Source: Asterias rubens (taxonomy: Eukaryota). Taken from it: DNA of 64,000 bases. Under the pieces are notes generated by a model. The model saw only the letters and a program-made list of their open reading frames with translations, was not told the origin of the DNA and ran no database searches. The position numbers and the translations under genes were made by a program. The DNA is taken from NCBI RefSeq assembly GCF_902459465.1, contig NC_047063.1, positions 15,810,001 to 15,874,000 on the forward strand. The letters run 5' to 3'. Below, piece after piece: positions 50,166 through 61,900 of the stretch; positions within the stretch are counted from its first letter, which is position 1; each line of letters starts with the position of its first letter.

Positions 50166-50390
50166 CTGGGCGTAGCTATCCTCATCTGCTATCGAAAGCG
50201 GAAACCGACCAAGTGCCTGATGCTGGACTCGTGTGCATGCTTTATAGTGTGCTTAAAAGTGATAGTGACTGGGCATGCCAAATAATGACGTCACCTCCAG
50301 CTGACCCGGAAGCAACAGTTAGTCCCATCTGGTGAGAATGCTACTGATTGGACCCGATGGGAAACTTTAGACTATCTGCCAATCACCAAG
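50166..50390 (-). promoter_or_regulatory. Candidate promoter and non-coding first exon of the GT31 gene
   Basis: CpG-rich cluster with CRE TGACGTCA (about 50286), ETS CCGGAAG (about 50306) and two CCAAT boxes; minus-strand donor CAG|GTATGG at 50166; acceptor tctctttcag| at 45194, just upstream of the ATG. Confidence 0.4.
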
Positions 50391-50814
50391 AGAGGGCGCT
50401 CTTCACCAGGTAATGTCAGAGCCGTATATTGGGATAATGTCAACAACTTAGGAATAGGAGAAGCATGAGTGACGGTCAATGACAGCAAATACCTTGTGTT
50501 TTGCGTGTTTTTGATTTTGTATATAGATGTAGCCAAACTGTATTTTGGTTTTTTATAACACAATGCCAGCATAAACCAAACTGTTCTGGAACAGGACGTA
50601 CTGGACACGAGTTCCCCAAGGATAACAAGCGGTGTGCATGAGTTTTGGGATGTTTCTTCTACTAGTAGGGTAATTAGTCAAAATTCCAAAATGCTGACCT
50701 ACCAAAAATTGAGAAGAAATATGAAGTTTAGTTGTATGACAATGTATCTGATTTAATTTTCAAAAGGCTGAGAGACTTCTAAATATTTTTTGAGTATTTT
50801 TGAATTTTTAGCAT

Positions 50815-51700
50815 TTAGCATTGTTTGCTATAGGAGTTGTGCACCCTTATCTGGCAGGTCTGCTGCCCTCTAGTGGCAGAGCTTTCAAAAAGTCTCCCAT
50901 TGGTGTGACCTTCTAGTGTTGCTATGAGCGACCCAGAATGCGGGTCCCACAAGTAGACATCACGGTCGCAGCAGCCTGTGGTGAGTCTGGTCTCGTCTGC
51001 AGACACGGCGTTGCAGAGTACCTTATCCCGGTGCTCAAGCTTCGCTTTGAGTCTTCCTCTATTACTATCAATCAATTGGAGGATCTTAGACATCCCCGAA
51101 GGATCATCCATGTACATCTCAAAGTGATTAAGATACACACCCGATGTCATCATGTGGAGGGAAGACGTTCTGAACTTGATGACTTCAAGCACCTGCCCAG
51201 TCTGTACGTGGAATATTCGAATCTCGTCATCGACGCCAACCACTAGCCTCTTATCATCCGCAGTGAGTGCGCAATGAGACGGATACAACAACATGTCAGT
51301 GACTTTCTGCCTGACATCAAAGTTAGGTAATCCTAAGACGTACCATTGGCGAGTGCCACACCCTACCATGAAGCTGTCATCGCTACTCAAGACAGCAAAA
51401 TAACACTTGCCCCCCAGTCGGTATGGGCAGTGACTTGACCACCTTACCGTTCATCGAGTCCCACACCTTGATCGTCTTATCTGCGCCCGTTGTAATGACA
51501 CTGTCGTTGGTTTTCAGGGGTAGAACTACCATGATGGTCCCATCGTGTCTATCGAGTGTCAACTCCAGTTCCTTGGCGTATTCCGGGGTGTTAATATTAC
51601 CAAGATCCCAGACACGGACATTTTTGTCTGCAGATGCATTCAAGATCTTGGAGTTGTCTTGCGTAGCAGCGACTGCCGTCACTGGTAGATCGTGTGGCAA
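50815..51700 (-). pseudogene. WD40-repeat coding fragment (NACHT-WD40/NWD-like), frameshifted
   Basis: Repeats ending VRVWD, IKVWD and VYLWD with GH/H-x motifs. Two ORFs join if one G is removed from the G6 run at 51410-51415 (TGG-KCYFAVLSSDD). Stops lie directly upstream, and no convincing splice sites flank it. Confidence 0.7.
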
Positions 51701-52084
51701 CTATCAGCAGGTCTCCATAAGCCTTTTTGAGAAATAGCGGACATAATGGTTTGGGTGAATGTGTTAGTATACACCCAAACAAAACAGTACACTCCTATCA
51801 CGTCCGCCATACCTCAAAAAGGCTTATTGCTCATTACAAGTAAGTTTTTATGCTGAAATTGTTTTGCTGAATTTTTTTTGTAGAGGGTGCGTTTAAATGA
51901 TGTGAGTGGCCCAAAAAACTTTCCTGACAGCGATAACGAAAGTTCGTGCTGAAGCCATGATGTCTTTGCACTATTGTCTAATCTACAAACTTGTCTGTGA
52001 CTGTTAATTATGATAGATAAAAGAAATTATTTCAAGATATGTTATCGCCTCTGAAAGAAAACAAACAATCTAGGAAGGAGTTAA

Positions 52085-52696
52085 AGTCACCTGGAAATAT
52101 ATATATATATATTTTCATACATAATTATGTATAACTATGTTTAGTAACAATAAAACAAGTTTTGTAGTAATTTTTTGTCGCGATGCATATGTTTAAAAAA
52201 TATTTAAAGTTGTTTGGGGGGTTGACTCCGCCTACCCCTTTTGTAACGTCAATCGAGGCAGACTTTGCCTTGATGCGTAGAGTAAACACACGTGCAAAGT
52301 ACATGCAAGTCCAAGTCATTGAGTTTGTACGTTTCGAAAAAGTTGTTTTCTTGCATTTTCCGACAATGCCGACCAAGTGTATTGCTGCTGGATGCATCAA
52401 AACAACTAAAGATGGGGGTCAATCTGCATGGCTGGTCAGACTCACAAGAGCAATAGTGCCTAGTTGTCCGGTCCGACGTCTTTTTCAGCACTGTGCAACA
52501 TTTTCTCTTCAAATATCGCGCCTCGATTGACGTCAAGAACAGCGCCCTCTCGGGTCGGGGCCTACTCTTAAATTTGTAAATAAGATAAGAATTAATTTTT
52601 TAGAACTTTAGTTAACTGTTTATTCACATTCCACTCATCAAAACACATATTAGTGACGAAAGCTTTATTTTGACAAAATACCACTTCAAGGTGACT
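52085..52696 (+). mobile_element. Non-autonomous Kolobok-type element with a THAP N-terminal remnant
   Basis: TTAA|AGTCACCT(G/T)GAA TIRs|TTAA. Internal ATG at 52366 gives MPTKCIAAGCIKTTKDG, then VNLH after a 1-nt shift in a G5 run. Confidence 0.8.
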
Positions 52697-53717
52697 TTAA
52701 TATTGATTTAAACTTAATTCATAAATACCTCAGACAGTATCCCTATATGTGGAGAGCGTGTCACGTGGGTGTGTATAAACCTTTGTTTATGACCAGTAAA
52801 AAGTGTTGAAACATGGGAACACGCGAGCATGCACCTGTGCTTATAAGACAGTTTCTTCATTCCTATTGGTCGAGAGCAACGGCCGGGACAGTTCACGCGC
52901 GACGTGCACAGCATTCCTTTATAAGGAGTTGTTTACCCGAGGGCCTTACCATTTCATAGCTGGAGGGGTGTTGTGTTGAAAGAAATCATTGAACAATTAT
53001 AATTTTTGCATTTATTTTACTTTTTGACCAAAAAGTGTTGATGTTTTTGACCGAAAAGGTATTTATGAATAGGAATCAAAGTGTGTTGAATCGGTTTTCA
53101 ACCATAGGTTTAAACCCGCCGAGGCCTGGTTCTTGATAATATACCCCGACTTCGTCTCGGTAAAATTATCAAGAACCAGCGGCCTCGTTGAATTGCACTA
53201 GTTGATAACCTCTCCACCACACATTGATTCCCTTATTAAAACACAAGTGATTAACAGGTGTTGACGTCGAATCTATCCACTGCTTGAAAGTGCAACCGCG
53301 TCTCTGGTCGCAACAATCACGAACGGACACAACTCAGAAATCAGAGAAAAAGTATCTCAGATACAAATGTTTTTGGGGTGAACGTTGTCCAGCAGAACCA
53401 CTGTTTTTCGAAGCAATTATTTGTTTACGTAGTTTATCTCTAATCAGCTGTTGTGGGGGCTTATCACTTCGAAAGTTCGAGTGGTCGTTACAAAGTGTCG
53501 ACCAATCCATGACCGACAATAATATTTGTAACAAATAAAAGTAAGAAATAAAAGTTTCAAAAGTTTCACAATTATACTATTTTATCTTCTTTTTTCAATC
53601 AGTCTTTCACTAGCCACGAAAAATATATAGCAAGAAAGTACAGTATTTCCCACAGAGGAAGCAAACAAAAAATGGCACATGTCACTTCGTTAACTGAATA
53701 ATAAACAACTAATTTAA

Positions 53718-54324
53718 CTCTCTAGTCCCTGCACCGCCCGAGTTTGCCGAAAAAATTTTGTTTTTCTTTTCAAGATTCTAGCAGTAACTTTACTGAAATC
53801 GTAGTTCAATTTTTTTTAAAGATAGCCAAGGCTTATTATTTATAATTAAATGCACAATGTTTGACCCTTTCGGTAATATTTGTGCAAGTCCTCATTGGGG
53901 AACAATAAAAATCCCTACGGTAATATTTATGGCGATTATTTTTGTATAATGATAAAATGGATACAATAGCTTTTCAAGGCTTTTATCTGGCTCAATGCTG
54001 ATTATTTGCGAAGGCATAAGTTTTCGACAATATCACCATTAATGATAAATACAGTTTCCTTTGTGTTCACTAATAAGCGTTTTGTTGGGTAAGTGCTAAA
54101 TTATTTCATCATCATTAGCTTCGTCAAGTCAACTGTGAAGAGAAAAATGAATAATGATCTATAAACAACTAGATGGATTCACCAATGCGTAGGCATACTA
54201 TTGACTAACTAGTTTTATTTTGATGTTTCTTATTTTCTACAAACAAAAGCTATAGCGAGGTTTCCTCCTACCGCATAATACAGTGTATCGCTTTAGGTGG
54301 CTGGGCGGTCCAGTGGCTAAATGG
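53718..54324. mobile_element. piggyBac-type non-autonomous element (607 bp)
   Basis: TTAA TSD confirmed by an adjacent empty-site duplicate; C-starting degenerate TIR (16/22 matches). Confidence 0.75.
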
Positions 54325-55740
54325 TTAATAAGCAACATCTATCTAGATAATAAAATAAATAATTGAAAACAAAAAGTGCGGGCACAATTAACTGAATAAT
54401 AAACAACTAATTTAATAAGCAACATCTATCGAGATAATAAAATAAATAATTGAAAACAAAAAGTGCGGGTTTGTTGTAGTTATTCATTTTTATTTAACTG
54501 TCAGTTAGTGATTGATAAGGGAACTAGCCAACCAGCCTTCCATGCAGGTACAATTTATGGTTTTTGATTAACATTGCTGTTGAAATTACCGCCAAACGGC
54601 TATTAAAAATATTAGGACCTTTCGGTCCTCAAAATCGTCTCCGAATACTGACAAGAAAGGAAATGTAAAAAGCCCTTACCGGTCGGTTATTGCTATTGGT
54701 AATTGTCAAAGACTAGCCTTCTCACTTGGTGTATCTCAACATATCCATTGAAATCAACAAATTATATAAATCCAAAACAGTTAGTACGGAGAGTGGAGAT
54801 AAAAGCTCAATTGATGATCGAAGTTGCGAGATAAAAAAAAAATACCCTGGTCACACGGAGTTGTGTGCTTTCAGATGCTTGATTTCGAGACCTGAGGTCT
54901 CGAAATCAAATCCGATGAAAATTACTTCTTTCTCAAAAACTATGTCACTTCAGAGGGAGCCATTTCTCACAATGTTTTAAACTATCAACCTCTCCCCATT
55001 ACTCGTTACCAAGTAAGGCTTTGTGCTAATAATCATTTTAAATAATGACCAACAGTGTCCACTGCCTTTAACAGTGTTAAGCAGAAAACAGTAAACAACA
55101 AAGGTCATTAATATTATTATTATTTAAAAAGAGAAAGGAGGCAGCAGTTTTAGTGTAACTATGTGGTATCGATCTCTGCCAAAACACACTGTACTAAGCG
55201 TATTTATATTAATTTATATATTGAAGCTAATATCAAAGAGCACAACAATAAATTGAACTATAACAATTTAAAAATATATATATAAACAATTAAAAAGCAT
55301 TACAAAAAAGACGCATACAAAATATACATTCAAGGGCATACAGTAAAGGAATGAAAACTACCTTAAAATAAGATGAAAATACAAATGGATTATATACATT
55401 AGAATACAAGATTGAGTAATAGGTGGTTTGGTGTAAAGAACACCACGTACAGTATAAAGACACCTTGTCCCAAAAGGACAAATTCTGTCATCAAGTTGAA
55501 GGTGTTTTCTTTACTTCAGTCAAAGCCAATTGGAAAAAAGAAAAGAAAAAAAAACCAAAAACAAGCTGAGCAACCATTAATTTACTTCTGAAACTTCTAA
55601 TCTGTAATACGATATATTTTGTACCCGCACTCAGTACTTTGTATAACACTTTTGTCAGCTACAAAACAGATGTATGTTCTCATAATGCAGTTTTGACAGA
55701 TGTATAAATAATTATCATAGTGCAGTTTTGACCGTCTTAA

Positions 55741-56091
55741 ATACGTTGGACACTATACGTAATTATCCAAGACCAGTCTTCTCACTTGGTGTATCTCAAC
55801 ATATGCTTAAAATAACAAACCTGTGAAAATTTGATCTCAATTGGTCGTCGAAGTGGCAAGATAATAATGGAAGAAAAAATACCAATGTCACACAAAGTTG
55901 TGTGCTTTCAGATGCTTGATTTCGAGACCTCAAGTTCGTGGAAAGTTACTTCTTTCTCGAAAACTACGTTACTTCAGAGGAAGCCGTTTCTCACAATGTT
56001 TTATATTATCAGCAGCTCCCCATTACTCGTTATCAAGTAAGGTTTTATACCAACAATTATTTTGAGTATTTACCAATAGTGTCCAGTGCCT
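55741..56091. mobile_element. Kolobok-type MITE family A copy
   Basis: TTAA flanks and family internal sequence. Confidence 0.85.
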
Positions 56092-58917
56092 TTAAGTATC
56101 TATACCAGTGTATTTTATTCCATGTTTTGCCACTATCAGTTGTGGCAATTATCCTCAACAAAATAATTCCGTATTGTGGCAGGTGGCAGATACCACTCGA
56201 GGTCACATCAGTTTCCCCAACATGCACCTTGTATACGTACATTGTGTTCAAATCTGTGAACAATATTTTTCACTCCTATATTCTCACTCCTACAAACCTT
56301 AAATTGCTTTGTGTAACAGTCTTGACTTGTTTCGACAATAATGAACTAGCAATAATTAGCTAATTAAGGAAGTAATATTCACAGCTGTGGAGAAACTTTT
56401 TTGTTTACTTTTTTAATTCTCAAATATCTTGGCACTCCTGATAACCTGACTTCATTTTGTTATCATGGCATATTGACATAGGCCACACTAACTGTATCAG
56501 TATGCATCCAGTGTTACAAAGTTAAATCGTCCATCACACTTTGTCTCTTGTAAAACTCTTTCAATGCCACTTTAATATGGATCCGTCCGATATATTAAAA
56601 ATTCACATTTTTTTCATCTTGAAACTTTCGCAGTTTGTGTTTCTAAAAGTTGTCTGATCAAGACTTGGCCTATAATTATTAACTCATTTGTTTTATATAC
56701 CAATCTGGTTGTCACCATGGATTTTGTTTTTGTTTATTGCTACTATTTCTTTATTTTCATCATATCGTAGCACCGTGCACTTTCCCTTCTGGGACGGGGT
56801 CGGATCCATACGGACCGGGACTCGAACCCACACTCTGCTGATCAAACACCATCACTTTCACAAACTTCACCAGAGACCAGCGTAATAACGAGGTGATCGT
56901 GAACTCAAGCTCGAGTGGGCGTTAAAAAAAGTAGTTCCGGGAACATAAAACTTATTATAAGTAGCGACCACGGCATAGCTTCATTTAAGAACTACAGGCG
57001 CCGTCGCATTGGATATCGGTAAGCTGTACTATTTTAGTTAGTCACAGAATGCTTTTTTTATTAATTGATTACCAGCAAAACTCATTATTCGCTCTCAAGT
57101 AATTGGGGCTTGTCATTGGATATAATTAAAGCAGGTTTTAGTGTTTTTATTTGAAATTTAATAGCCCCAGGCTAAACAGAGAGTTTCATTTGCATTCTTC
57201 CCTTTTCCGAACTTCATAAAAGATGGGCCTAACCGACTGCTGCAAAATAACACAGAAACATAGCAGAATACTTCTTAGTATTTTTTTAAGCATTGGTTTT
57301 ATTTTCCCATGGTAAAGTTCTTCCCGTAGTATACTCTAAACTTGTATATGTTTGCGTATTTTCTTAGTTTGGTGTGCGTTTGCATTTCGGTTTGTTTTGT
57401 TCGATTGTTGTTTGCACACTATTGGTAATTACTCAAAATAATTATTAGCACAAAACCTTTCTTGGTAACGAGTAATCGGGAGAGGTTGATGGTATTAAAC
57501 ATTGTGAGAAACGGCTCCCTCTGAATAAATTTTCGATAAAGAAGTAACTTTCCACATATTTTGTTTCGAGAATTAGATTTTGAGGTCTCGAAATCAAGCA
57601 TCTAAAAGCACACAACTTCGTGTGACTAAGGGTGTTTTTTCTTTCATTATTATCTCGCAACTTTGAAGACCGACTGAGCTCAAATTTGCATAGGTTTGTT
57701 ATTAATTTATGCATATGTTGAGATACGCCAAGTGTGAAGACTGGTCTTTGACAATTACCAGCAGTGTCCAGTGTATGTGATGTTGATAGGCCTATAGCTG
57801 CAGTTCAGTTGGTATGCCTGTGATGACTATCGTGTATGAACTCTAGGCCTATGTATTTATCTCCACTCTCCGTACTAACTGTTTTGGATTTATACAATTT
57901 GTTGATTTTAGTGGTTTTCTCATATTATGAGCTTACGTTGGCAATGCCCCTTGAAAAATAACCTTTGGCTTAAATGGACCTCGCCGTGTGTACATAGAGT
58001 GAATAGTACCCTTACCCGAGAACTTTCCGTGCGTTGAAAAGATCTAACAATTAAGGCCTATTTTATATTTAAAAATATTCACAAATTGGGTCTCCAATTA
58101 TTATACAATGTACAAATCAACTTGTCTCAAAAATAACACCGAAGAGGCGGTGAATGTACAAAGTTAATTCAGTTCAAATAAATTCAACCTAAATAATATT
58201 CTAACCCCAATTTCCCGGACGCCATGTTGATTATAGGCTTAAATCGCAATGCAATGTTTATGCTTCTTTAAATTCCACCCAATTATTTTTAAAAGCATAT
58301 GTCGGGTGAAAAAAACAGAGTAAAAACTTCTCAAAATCAAGAGATAAACTTGAAAACTTAGGACGCAACAACGAGTGTCTCCATTTTCCAAGAAATTCTG
58401 GATCCTTAAGCGGGCCCGGACTCCACGCGACGAACACTCACTGCATTATAAGACAACAGAAGTGTGGAGAAAAGCACAAATTGTTTAAACTAATTTTATC
58501 ATCCGATACCCTAATTAGCCTCAGAAGGTTCCAAAGAACAGTATCATCACACTTATCGCAGGCCCATTTTGCTGACTCCGGTCCTAATTTGAAATCCAGG
58601 GCAAACGAACTTTAAGCTTGCATTGTTATCAGATTCGCCCATTTACCAAAACCCTGGATTCGTCTTTCACAATCAAAAAAGAAAGTTTATTGACATACGT
58701 AATTTGATACCAAATATCACATTGATAATAATTAAATATTAACACAGCTCCACTTACAGCCTTTCTGTGTATAGCCTTTATCTATTTGGTTACGACTTCT
58801 GAAATTGTATATGAGATGTATTTGCATTTATTTGTTTTCAGATCTTTACAAAGCACTTTGTAATATTTAATTTGCAGAACTGTAGTTTATCAACCAGCCA
58901 CGAACCAGACTGCCACG

Positions 58918-61900
58918 ATGCCACGATTTGTTGCAGTCTTGCTGCTGGCGGCGCTGGTCAGCGTCCAGGCAGACGTGTTCTTCCATAACCCCAGAGGTTC
59001 CAACAACAGGTTAAACGAAAACACTGCCAATCGTAAAAGCAACAACAGAATGTTCGACTCGCAGGTATATAATTACTACAAAAATAACAATACAAACTAT
59101 GATTATTGTGTAAGTAAGTTACATTAGAAACAACAATCAAACGAACTCCCTATAAATAAGCCCACTTCTCTCTTACCTCTCCAGTCTCCTGACGATGACT
59201 AGAGCAAGCTAGTCGAAACGTTGAGACAATTTCAAGAACTGACTCCGCGGTAGTACATTTAATCGTTCAAGCTAAAGTAGTAGTCCCAGCCTATTTCTAT
59301 ACCATCCGCCCGGGTAATAGTTAACAGTTCTGTTCAGAACTGAGAAGTCTCTCGAACACCCGAACAATCTACTCCGCAGTAGTAGAATAACTGCAAGACA
59401 GTTCTCTAAGAACAAACTCTACCTGGCAAGTAGATACACACATGGTGTTACCGCGAACCAAACAATATATATTGATACCTCACCATCCAATGCCTCAAAT
59501 GATATACACAACAAAACGATTACGATTGTAGTTGATATTTCGAAGTTTGTTTTAAGTCAGTAAAAGCTCTCTATTCTTTATTGTATTTAATCTTTATGTT
59601 TTATTAAAATTATCGGTTTTGTAGATGCTGTTGATTTTTGTTGTTGTTGTTGCTGTTATAGTTCTGATGTATTAGTGGTCGGTGTAGACAGTAGGAATAT
59701 GGAAAACAACAAAAATGGCGATTAGGGGGCCGGCAATCTGGAAAAATTACTAGTCATTTCATTCATTCAGTCGATGCGGAGCATCGGATGATGGCCCTCC
59801 AAACACGTTGGTCCTCCATTGCCGGTGATCCCGGTGTCAGATGCAATTGTGTCCGCCATGCAATACTGTCCGCTCCGGACACTTTTGCATATGCAATCGT
59901 GTCTGGGGCTATGCTAAATCAGTCCGGCGGACATGTACATGTATGTGCGCGCTAAAGCGAGCGTGCTGGCTCTGAACCTGATGCAGCATGAATATTCACG
60001 TATTTTATGATTGCATCGAATACACTTAGCTTGTAAAAAAATGGCGAACGTGTTCCGTCGACCAAGGGCGTTAAATTTACTGCAATGACGGTTTTGCACT
60101 GGGCGGACACAACTGCATATGCAAATGTGTCCGGGCGGACACAATTGCATTATGCAGCAGCGTCCGGGGACACGATTACATATGCAAAACCGTCCGGCGG
60201 ACATTATTGCATATGCAATACTATCCTCCGGATAGTATTGCATAGAGGACATAATTACATGCGACACCGGCAATCTGGAAAAATGACGAGTATTCACCCA
60301 CAAAAGCAAAAACCAAACGATGGCCTATAGGAAATTATCTCATCTGTATTCTTACAAGAAAACACTAAAACGCAATAATACAAAAAGTACTGAAATAATA
60401 GTAGTACTAGCAACACAGCACAGCCACTATGATTGAAAGTTCGAAAGGTTAACACGGGGCTGGCTACATGCGCATACAAGTATACACATAGAATAACAAT
60501 AATTATTTCTCTAAGTAAAACTAAGAAAATGATCTGCAAAGAGGTTTTTTTGGACAACATCCCTCCAAATCATTTGGAGCAAGGTCAGAGCCCTCCTCCC
60601 TACAACAGAGAAATGCTTAAAGATAATAATGTGCACTCTCTAGCTGAAAGCATAAGGGGGGACTCAAAAGGTCGCCAACAAAAACGTTACTTTTTTGTAA
60701 ATTATTCTAATAATGGTATCATTATTTGTTTACACTTTTGTGTTAGAATAATAACAAAGGCGGCTACAATGCGGGAGATGCCAAGTCTACGCCCGCCGCC
60801 AAAGAGGAAGGCCAATACCGAATGGTAAGCGTAGAAAGCAATAGGGTTTTTCCCGAAAGAGACACCAATATGGTACAGCAATTATCTATTAGGTGTAATG
60901 CGCTCATATCCAGCACCCAGTGACGCTCAAGTTGCTTCAACATTCAATGTTTTACTACAAGGATGTGAGACTATTCGTTTGAATTAAAGGCAGTGGACAC
61001 TATTGGTAATTACTATTAAAAAAAATTATTGGCATAAAACCTTACTTGGTATCAAGTAATGGAGAGAGGTTGATAGTATAAAACACTCTGAGAAACGGCT
61101 CCCTCTCGAATTTGATTTTGAGACCTCAGATTTAGAATTTGAGGTCTCGAAATCAAGCATTATGAAAGCACACAACTTCGTATGACAAGGGTATTTTTAC
61201 TTTCATTATTATCTCGCAACTTCGACGACCAATTGAGCTCAAATTTTCACAGGTTTGTTGTTTTGTGCATAACTTGAGATACACCAAGTGAGAAGACTGG
61301 TCTTTGACAATTACCAATAGTGTCCATTGTCTTTAAGGTGATTTGCCACACTCTCAAAACTCAACCTGAGACAATCTTACCACCCCCATCCTCAAATCTG
61401 ACTCTAATATCATTCACTCTATATTCATCGTCAGAAATACTTTGCAAGTGGTTCAAGCGGCAAGAGTCACATGACTGTCGAATGGACCAATCAGCACGGC
61501 TGCGGGGGAAACGCTAATGTCAACTGTAACGTTGTACTACAGTATATGTGCCAGCCAGACTCAGTCACTGCTACAGGTACGGACAAATTGAGATTGTTCA
61601 AACCGCACGGAGTCGGGGTTTATGTAGTCTGGTGCGAGCATGGTATAGGTCCCTCCTTTATGATGCTAACACCAAAGTGTTTCATTGAACGACACAGGGG
61701 CACCATGTGGTTTACACATAAAGCTACAATTTGATTTATCGATTTGTTGAAAACAGGGCCCAATTTGATAGAGCTGCTAAGCACAACAATTTGCTTAGCA
61801 TGAAATTTCTTCCTTGATAACAACAGGATTACCAACCAAATTTCCATTTGTTGCATATTGCTTGTTACTTGGTATTCAGCTGTTGTTTGCTTATCCTGAA

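Noticed and set aside
55938-56363. ORFs overlapping family-A MITEs (also 22216-22479, 46501-46859, 48028-48249, 49159-49837, 57419-57714)
   Set aside because: Chance frames through the non-coding MITE consensus; no transposase motifs.
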